A stretch of DNA of 61,596 nt, counting the filler, from Stramenopiles sp. TOSAG23-2 (Eukaryota): the NCBI GenBank assembly GCA_900128395.1. It is 4 parts of 4 records of this genome, joined end to end, with 100 filler letters (N's around TTAATTAATTAA, not from the genome) between each part and the next. Parts side by side here need not be neighbours in the genome. Positions count along the whole stretch, not along the records: positions 46,294 to 61,596 come from LT649716.1; 3 more parts are not named here. One strand, written 5' to 3'. Both the position numbers and the translations under genes were made by a program. Each line of letters opens with the position of its first letter. Position 1 is the stretch's first letter. The notes under the pieces are model-generated. The model was not told the DNA's origin, did no database searches, and saw only the letters and a program-made list of their open reading frames with translations. This document shows, piece after piece, positions 54,682 to 61,596 of this stretch.

Positions 54682-55221
54682 ATGTCAAGTAATGGCGATT
54701 CAATTCTTGCCATGTCTACTAGTGCACTGCGTTGCAGAGAAATAATGGTATTAACAATTATTTTTGTTATGGCATGTAAGTTTACTATTTTCCCATTTTT
54801 GAATCGGATGGATGAAATGTATAGCAATAATAATATTAATAATAATAATAATAATGTGGAAATAAATAAACATCCAACGTTGGGAATAAAAGGCGTAGAT
54901 GATGTTAATAATAATAATAATGGTATGAAGATCAGTGATCAAGGAGAGGTTGCTTCCATTAAAAATCTGCAAGATCATCATACCAAGGAAATTTTTCGTT
55001 TGCAAGCTGAACATAATTTGAAAATAACAGATATGATGCAGCAACATACTAAAGAAATTTCACATTTACAATCGCAATTGATGATATCCAAAAGTGCAAC
55101 AGAACAATGTAAATATGAATTGAAACGAAATGAAGAGATATTATTGCACGAGAAGAAGCGATTGGATAGCATATTGATGAAAAATGACAATAATAACGAT
55201 GACAAAACTGAGGAGCTGTGA
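54682..55221 (+). CDS. Hypothetical signal-anchored coiled-coil protein (179 aa)
   Basis: A hydrophobic segment IMVLTIIFVMACKFTIFPFL is followed by a coiled coil with a repeated HTKEI..LQ. Confidence 0.55.
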   Translation: MSSNGDSILAMSTSALRCREIMVLTIIFVMACKFTIFPFLNRMDEMYSNNNINNNNNNVEINKHPTLGIKGVDDVNNNNNGMKISDQGEVASIKNLQDHHTKEIFRLQAEHNLKITDMMQQHTKEISHLQSQLMISKSATEQCKYELKRNEEILLHEKKRLDSILMKNDNNNDDKTEEL

Positions 55222-55557
55222 AAGATCCACAGCCAATATATAAATTATATTCTTTTATGTTTTAGACGACTAGAGACGACTAGACGACTAGTAGTAAATA
55301 AAAAATATTTTTAATTTTTTTTCTCTTGCCTCCAATATTAATAATACTACCAATAGTATTATACCTATAATAACACACCACTGTCCAGGCATCTCATCAC
55401 TCATACATCATCATGTTGTTGTTGCAGTTATGCAAATAATTATTTATTATTTATTATTTGAATTACTCATTATCAATAACATCTATCTATCAATGTATAT
55501 ATATATACGTCCATACATATAAATACAAACATATATATACATACAATACCATATGGA

Positions 55558-57168
55558 ATGAATCGTGGACGTGGAAATAGAGGTAGAGGGCGTGGTCGAG
55601 GAAGAGGAAGGGGAGGGATATCCCCAATGCGTGGTCGTGGACGAGGAGGACGTGGGGGAATGAGAAAGATGATGTCTTCTCCACAAAATAGAATTACTTC
55701 AAGCCCAAGAGGTAGAGGAAGAGGTAGAGCTGGAATGAACCGTAGAGGTAGAGGTAGAGGTGGGCAACTAACGAATATCCCAAGCCCAACAGGTAGAGGT
55801 AGGGGTAGAGGTAGAGGTGGAAAAGGAAAACCAACACAAGCTTCACCAAGAAGAAAGAAACAGCAGCAACAACGTAAACAAGGTCATGTTTCGTCATCCT
55901 CGTCGTCGGAAGAAGATACAGATACTAGTGACGAAGATGAAGAAGACGATAGTAATATAATTATACACAATAATAATAACAATGTAACAATGAATAATGC
56001 AATAACAAAAATAGATAGGGAAGAAAGGCACTTACAATATGTTGAAAAAATAACCGATGACTATTTGGTAATAGCACATGAACAATTTGTAAAAATAAAA
56101 TCACCAGATAAAAAAAATTTGAAATCTAGGGTTAATAATTCACATGATGAAGACGTTACTACTCCAAAGAAAGACAGGTTTGGTTTTATAACAACGAATG
56201 ATAATGATTGGCATCATGCTGCTGGGGACAATAGGACCATAAAACGAGATGAGATACGATTGGAAAATACTAGATTACATAAATGGCGAAAAATGCTTAG
56301 TACAGGTCTAAATAAATGCGATGATAAGCTGATTAAACGCCGCGTTCGTAAAGGTTTACCGCAGCCGATTAGAGGCCAGATTTGGAGATATCTATCGGGC
56401 GCAAAGTTACTAGAGGATGTAAAAGGTGAATTGTATGATAAGTTACAACATGTAGAAGTAGCACCCAATGAAACTGTTATTATTGCTGATGTACAACGTA
56501 CTTTTCGTGGAAGACATGTTTTATTTGAAAGCGGTGGCGGTGTTGGCCAAGAGCGTTTATTCAATGTCTTGCGTGCTGTATCTGTTTATGATGAAACACT
56601 TGGTTATTGCTCCGGAATGAATCATATAGTAGGATTATTACTATTATTTTTAAATGAAAAAGATGCATTTTATTGTTTTGTATCTTTACTACGTGGACAC
56701 AAATATAAGTTACGATCAATGTATGTATCAGGAATGCCACGTCTGATGATCGCACTATATACTTTAGACAAATTGGTTGGGAAGACATTGCCTAAAATAT
56801 ATGGTAGATTTCAGGAAGAACATATAGAAGTTCATATGTTTGCAGCAACTTGGTTGAAAACAATGTTTGTAACTTGTCTTCCAATTGAATTAGTAGTACG
56901 TATATGGGATATATTTTTCAAAGAAGGATGGAAAATTATATATCGAGTCATTCTGGGATTATTGAAGTATAGTGAAATTGTAATTTTGAATGATACATAC
57001 GAACGAATTTGTGAATATTTAAACTTTGAGTTGGCAAAAGATATCGCCGGAAAGCATAACATTATATTGAACATTGCATTAAACAAAATCAAATTTAAAA
57101 CGGAAGTTATGGAAGAATTTGAAACCGAAGGTGTGAAGGTAGTTGGTTTGCATGGACATTTGGATTAA
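55558..57168 (+). CDS. TBC-domain Rab-GAP (EVI5/TBC1D10-like) with an N-terminal RG/RGG-rich region
   Basis: DRFGF, KWRKM, RVRKGLPQPIRGQIW, IIADVQRTF, LGYCSGM, F..W..TMF and VRIWDIFFKEG are present. Confidence 0.9.
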   Translation: MNRGRGNRGRGRGRGRGRGGISPMRGRGRGGRGGMRKMMSSPQNRITSSPRGRGRGRAGMNRRGRGRGGQLTNIPSPTGRGRGRGRGGKGKPTQASPRRKKQQQQRKQGHVSSSSSSEEDTDTSDEDEEDDSNIIIHNNNNNVTMNNAITKIDREERHLQYVEKITDDYLVIAHEQFVKIKSPDKKNLKSRVNNSHDEDVTTPKKDRFGFITTNDNDWHHAAGDNRTIKRDEIRLENTRLHKWRKMLSTGLNKCDDKLIKRRVRKGLPQPIRGQIWRYLSGAKLLEDVKGELYDKLQHVEVAPNETVIIADVQRTFRGRHVLFESGGGVGQERLFNVLRAVSVYDETLGYCSGMNHIVGLLLLFLNEKDAFYCFVSLLRGHKYKLRSMYVSGMPRLMIALYTLDKLVGKTLPKIYGRFQEEHIEVHMFAATWLKTMFVTCLPIELVVRIWDIFFKEGWKIIYRVILGLLKYSEIVILNDTYERICEYLNFELAKDIAGKHNIILNIALNKIKFKTEVMEEFETEGVKVVGLHGHLD

Positions 57169-57421
57169 AAAACATTTTTACACCATATATTTATAAACAC
57201 GCACTACAGAGTTGTTTTTGTAAGCTAGATACTTCGTATACACGAAAAGTGTTATGTTATACGAATACGAATATATAAAATACTCGAATATTTATTTTAT
57301 ATGCGTGTGCGTATATATATGTTTTTTTTATATTTAATTTTATTTTTTTGTCTCTCAATATACACACCTCCACTCCCCCTTCTTCCTTATCCCTTATATT
57401 CCCCCATGTTCAAAGATAATT

Positions 57422-60400
57422 CTATCTTCTCATTGAATTTTTATTAACATTAACACGTCGACAATCTTCAGTTCGATGTGTTTTACTGACAACATCACGT
57501 ATACGCGCATTTTTCGACTGAGCACAATGTTCACAGCGTAGCGGACCAAGGCTGTGCCCGAAACGTCTATTGCTGCCACGATCATTATCCCAGCGATTAT
57601 CATTCTTGTAACTATCTTCATCATAGACCCCAATAACATTTTCTGGGGATAAATCGATTTCATCGATTGAAATCCCTAAAATATCAAGATATGCTTTAGT
57701 GCGTTGAGAACTCGATGGACCGAAACGATGTGGCCCTGGTGGTAGTATCCCAGCCTTTAATGGCTGAACAGGATATACCCGTACTTGTACCGGAAATCTA
57801 GCAGTAAAAGATGCGTTCTGTGCAATTCGTAATTGAGGCACACTTGCAGCTTGGAAAACACCTTGTATTTTTCTCGATTCAAAATTGACTAAAAATATCA
57901 ATGATCCAAGTGAAATATGACGCTTTGTCAATTCAAATGAGTTTTTGGTGTTTGCAAATACACGCAGCCCGATACATTCTTCCTCGGTACGGTTATTACA
58001 TACAAATACAAACGATGATGGATACTTGCTAGCATCACCACCGCTGCCAAGACCACTTCTATCATCATGCGAGTTTACAGACATATTATTGTTATTATGA
58101 TCCATAACACCATTGCTCATATTGTTGTTATTGCCATTGTTTCTATACATATCATTACGCGACTGTTGTTGTTGCGGCTCCTGCTTTATTTGCGATGCAT
58201 AAGATGACATCCCGGCATTATTGTTACTGTTCATATTATTAGACGAAATTGAAGTATCTTTCATTTTTTCCAAAATAGTTTGTTTATCATTAATGACTTG
58301 TAAATCCCTAATGTTGTTAGTGTTGAATACCATAAAGTTATACATTTGGTTTGATCCAGGTACCGGACCACTCATCGTAAGTCGATCTTCTGTACCGAAT
58401 GATATTACCGATTGCAGCACAACAGCTCCATCCTCTACACGAATTTCAGCTAGAATACCTTCGTAACGTACACTTCTACCATCAACAAGTGAAATTTTTG
58501 CACCGATTAAATTATTTTCCTGTTGCGGTTGTTGTTGCTGCATTTGCTGCTGTGGCGGTGGGTGTTGATTATATTGATTATTATGCATTGGCAAATTTGC
58601 ATCATATTGCGAAGAATTGTATGCATTATTATTATTAATATTATTATTGCCACCAGCATTAACATTGCCAACGCTGTTATTGTACAACGGATTATTACCA
58701 TTAACACCAGCGCGATCTGGACTCCCGGATGGAGATAAATCCAATACAAGATCATCGTCCATATTTACCATTGGTTGTGGCTCAGGAGAAAAAAGCGCTG
58801 ATGATGTATCTGGTATGTCGTAAAGTGATGCATTCAATCCTGTTGGAATCAATGTATCGTTTGCACCTTGATCATAATTGATATTGCCCCATCCACTATT
58901 ATTAGCTTGGTTATTAATTGGATTATTATTATTGTTAATATTACGATTATTATTTACAGAATTGTTAAACCCAGGTGGAGGAACAGCTTGTACTTTGTTG
59001 TTGTTATTATTATTATTACTCATACCCCATTGATTATTATTGGAGTTGTTGTTCATACTAATATTGTTACGATTGTTATTATTATTAATATTTCTATTAT
59101 TAATATTTCGATTATAATTACTATTATTATCAAATTCAAGTTGTATATTGTTATTATTGACTTGCTGCGGTGCCGGTCGCGGTTGCGATTGTTGTCTTTG
59201 CTGTTGCAAATTGCTACTGTCATTGTTGATAAGACCACCAGTAGTACCTTTCCCCTTTGTTACCACAGGTGACGATTTTAATTTTGAAGCCCAATTATTT
59301 GCCGACGTTGATGGGGAACCCCCAAGTTTTTTTGTGCTCGGTGTTGCACTATTATTAATCTTAATATTCGGTGAATTAATTTTAATTGGCGAGGTTTTCG
59401 CCAAACTTTTATTTCCACCAGAATTAGAACCATAACTTTGATTGCTATACGTATCAGTATCATTGTCATCGTATCCATTTAAATCTTTCTCTTTGTTCCA
59501 GTCTTTTGGTCTAGGTGGCAATTTTCTTAATTCTGCTTTGGTATGCGCGTAGTGGCAAGACATACCATAGCGGCAAGTGCCACCTTGTATGACGTTTTGA
59601 CAAAGCTTCGATTTATAATTAATTGGTCGATCCTCTTCTTTCGGCAACCCTTTATCATGTGAACCTTTTTCAGCATAGTTATTTTGATTGTTTCTGCTCT
59701 CTTGGCTAGCCTTACGCTTCGATTCTTTTGCAGTTTTCTTTAAAATGATTTCGAGTGCAAGCTCTACATTATTATTAGATTCAAACAATGCAGTTGCATT
59801 TAAATCAGTATCGGGAAATCCCATCGCAACAATTTGTTGCAATTTCTCTTTATCCAATATAAATATATTTGCTTCTTGTTTAATAAAACCGGAATCAAAC
59901 GTATTTCTATTATTATAATCGCTTTCGTTTTTATTATTTGATTGCTCATCCATCTCATCTTCGTCAGAGTCAGTAGTAAGATTATTATTTTTATTGCTAG
60001 TATTATTATTCTTATTACTATTTTTTTTCATCGAGGTTTTTGTATCCTCTTTGTTGTTATTATTGTTATCATCCGTCGTTGAATTAGAATTATTGTTATC
60101 GTTATCTTTCTTCTTCTTTTTCTTCTTCTTCTTCTTCTTAGAAGTGGTAGTTGTCGCTCCTGTAGCGGATGATGATGTATCTAAATTATTATGATTATTA
60201 GCCTTTTCCTGTTTTTTTAATTCCGCATTTCGTCGTTCCAACTCTTGCTTCCGTTGTAATTTTTTTAACTTTGCTTCTTTCTTTGCTTGCAATGCCTTTT
60301 GCTTTTTACTTTTCGCACTTCGCTTTCCTTGCCCGTCAGTTTTCGCTTGGCGTTTCGAATTTGCCTCTTCTTCTTTGGCATTATTATTATCCCAAAAAGC

Positions 60401-61000
60401 ATCGATTTCAGCGTCTGTCATTTCCGTGAATGGCTTGCCTTTCTTTTCTTTTTTTTTATTAGCTTTACGTCTTGCAAGTTTAGCTTCATATCGTCGTTTA
60501 TTCTCATCATACCGCCTTTGTTCAGCACTTTCAGGATAATCGCCTTCATATATGTAATCATAATCATCGTATGAATAATAAAATTCTTCCTCGTCATCAT
60601 CATCACTGTAATCTTCATCCGTATCGTCGCTGCTACCTTGATATATACGTCCACCACGTGACATGTGAAACATAAATTCTTCTCTCATAAACTGATGAAA
60701 CATTTGAAACTCATCAAAATCAGCACCAAATGAAAAAGTGAAGGATTCATTATTTTTAGGGCTATCATATGCATTTCTTTTCTCTTGATCCCTTAATACT
60801 TCAAATGCTCGATTTACTTCTTTGAATTTTTGTATAGCGTTTTGTCTATCAGCCTTTGAACTGTTCGCATGTTTATCTGGATGATATTTTAAAGCACATT
60901 TATGATATGCTCTTTTAATTTCATTTTGTGTAATACTTTCCCCACCACGTGGTAAACCTAACGTTTGGTAGAAATCTTCTTTATTATTATTGTTTGCCAT
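57422..61000 (-). CDS. Multidomain protein: J domain - UBA - CCCH zinc finger - N/Q-rich prion-like region - LSM14(Scd6)-type Sm domain - DCD domain - CCHC zinc knuckle (1192 aa)
   Basis: J: IKRAYHKCALKYHPDK..FKEVNRAFEVL. UBA: LQQIVAMGF..ALFESNNNVELALEIIL. CCCH: YKSKLC..GTCRYGMSCHYAH. LSM14: IGAKISLV...VRYEGIL...VISFGTEDR. DCD: VFVCNNRTEEEC..IFLVNFESRKIQGVFQAAS..RFPVQVRV. CCHC: CEHC..HRTEDC. Confidence 0.82.
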   Translation of the reverse strand: MANNNNKEDFYQTLGLPRGGESITQNEIKRAYHKCALKYHPDKHANSSKADRQNAIQKFKEVNRAFEVLRDQEKRNAYDSPKNNESFTFSFGADFDEFQMFHQFMREEFMFHMSRGGRIYQGSSDDTDEDYSDDDDEEEFYYSYDDYDYIYEGDYPESAEQRRYDENKRRYEAKLARRKANKKKEKKGKPFTEMTDAEIDAFWDNNNAKEEEANSKRQAKTDGQGKRSAKSKKQKALQAKKEAKLKKLQRKQELERRNAELKKQEKANNHNNLDTSSSATGATTTTSKKKKKKKKKKKDNDNNNSNSTTDDNNNNNKEDTKTSMKKNSNKNNNTSNKNNNLTTDSDEDEMDEQSNNKNESDYNNRNTFDSGFIKQEANIFILDKEKLQQIVAMGFPDTDLNATALFESNNNVELALEIILKKTAKESKRKASQESRNNQNNYAEKGSHDKGLPKEEDRPINYKSKLCQNVIQGGTCRYGMSCHYAHTKAELRKLPPRPKDWNKEKDLNGYDDNDTDTYSNQSYGSNSGGNKSLAKTSPIKINSPNIKINNSATPSTKKLGGSPSTSANNWASKLKSSPVVTKGKGTTGGLINNDSSNLQQQRQQSQPRPAPQQVNNNNIQLEFDNNSNYNRNINNRNINNNNNRNNISMNNNSNNNQWGMSNNNNNNNKVQAVPPPGFNNSVNNNRNINNNNNPINNQANNSGWGNINYDQGANDTLIPTGLNASLYDIPDTSSALFSPEPQPMVNMDDDLVLDLSPSGSPDRAGVNGNNPLYNNSVGNVNAGGNNNINNNNAYNSSQYDANLPMHNNQYNQHPPPQQQMQQQQPQQENNLIGAKISLVDGRSVRYEGILAEIRVEDGAVVLQSVISFGTEDRLTMSGPVPGSNQMYNFMVFNTNNIRDLQVINDKQTILEKMKDTSISSNNMNSNNNAGMSSYASQIKQEPQQQQSRNDMYRNNGNNNNMSNGVMDHNNNNMSVNSHDDRSGLGSGGDASKYPSSFVFVCNNRTEEECIGLRVFANTKNSFELTKRHISLGSLIFLVNFESRKIQGVFQAASVPQLRIAQNASFTARFPVQVRVYPVQPLKAGILPPGPHRFGPSSSQRTKAYLDILGISIDEIDLSPENVIGVYDEDSYKNDNRWDNDRGSNRRFGHSLGPLRCEHCAQSKNARIRDVVSKTHRTEDCRRVNVNKNSMRR

Positions 61001-61422
61001 GATTAATCGCTTTCCTCTAAATAAACTAATCTAAAAAACGCACAGTACTTCTTTTTCCCGTCCGTCTCTTTCTCGATAGTATTGCTATACCTCTGTTGTC
61101 TATGTAGATAAAGTTCTACATCTCTAGCAACTATATTTAAATATATGTATACATATAATGTATATGTTTAATCGGCCTCTTTTTCACTCTTTTTCATAAT
61201 TAACAGGCACATATCATTAGTAACATTACAAAACAAATATAAATGTTTTTGGTATTCGAATAGAGTTTTATCAAAGCGTGCTGTCCTGACCAGTCACCTT
61301 ATGCGTATAAGTTACTGATGCTATGCTGGTATGGTCCTCCTGCGTAATGCTAATGCCATCGTAAGCAAGGCACTCAACTCTAATTGGGTACTAATGCCCT
61401 GTGCCTGCTGGGCCTCTCTGCT

Positions 61423-61459
61423 GGGCCTGCCGCTGCCGGGCCTGCCGCTGCCGGGCCTG
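61423..61459. repeat. Short GC-rich tandem repeat (gggcctgccgctgcc x2.5)
   Basis: It is directly visible in an otherwise AT-rich upstream region. Confidence 0.7.
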
Positions 61460-61596
61460 GATCGTATGCGTATCGTAGAATAAATTCCAAGATCTAAAAA
61501 ACAAAATGTTAATGTGGCTTGCTGGGCTTGCCTTAGTAAGACAGGACACTACCAGATTTTACCAAATTTCATATATTTGTACTTGTTAGTATATTT

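Noticed and set aside
1-61596. rRNA, tRNA, transposase or viral hallmark genes
   Set aside because: None were recognised by eye; a covariance-model scan would be needed to exclude small RNAs.

Overview
This is AT-rich, intron-poor eukaryotic DNA with Asn-rich low-complexity proteins. It is probably from a heterotrophic flagellated protist (a stramenopile-like origin is my inference, not proven). The window is not one locus. It is four contigs of 15350, 15327, 15316 and 15303 bp, in descending length order, joined by artificial 100-bp N44-TTAATTAATTAA-N44 spacers, so no synteny should be read across the spacers. Contig 1 holds a large secreted protein built of three methyltransferase/kinase-like modules and a near-perfect 4479-bp tandem duplication of a small Cys-rich secreted protein and a coiled-coil/EF-hand protein. 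Contig 2 holds a DHHC palmitoyltransferase lacking most Zn ligands, an S1-like protein, a one-intron RING-RBR-MORN E3 ligase, a 93-bp minisatellite, molybdenum cofactor sulfurase, a pectin acetylesterase/Notum-family esterase and a GH18 chitobiase. Contig 3 holds a CLC transporter with an IQ motif, a FERM protein, a TNFAIP8(TIPE)-RGS fusion and a 5'-truncated DOCK GEF. Contig 4 holds an inverted-repeat element, a 2249-aa Cys-rich secreted protein, an APC16-like protein, a TBC Rab-GAP lacking the Gln finger and a J-domain/UBA/CCCH/prion-like/LSM14/DCD/CCHC multidomain protein. The most interesting items are these unusual domain fusions and a recurrent TACG/CGTA-rich signature at gene 3' ends. 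All domain calls are by-eye motif recognition, not database searches.
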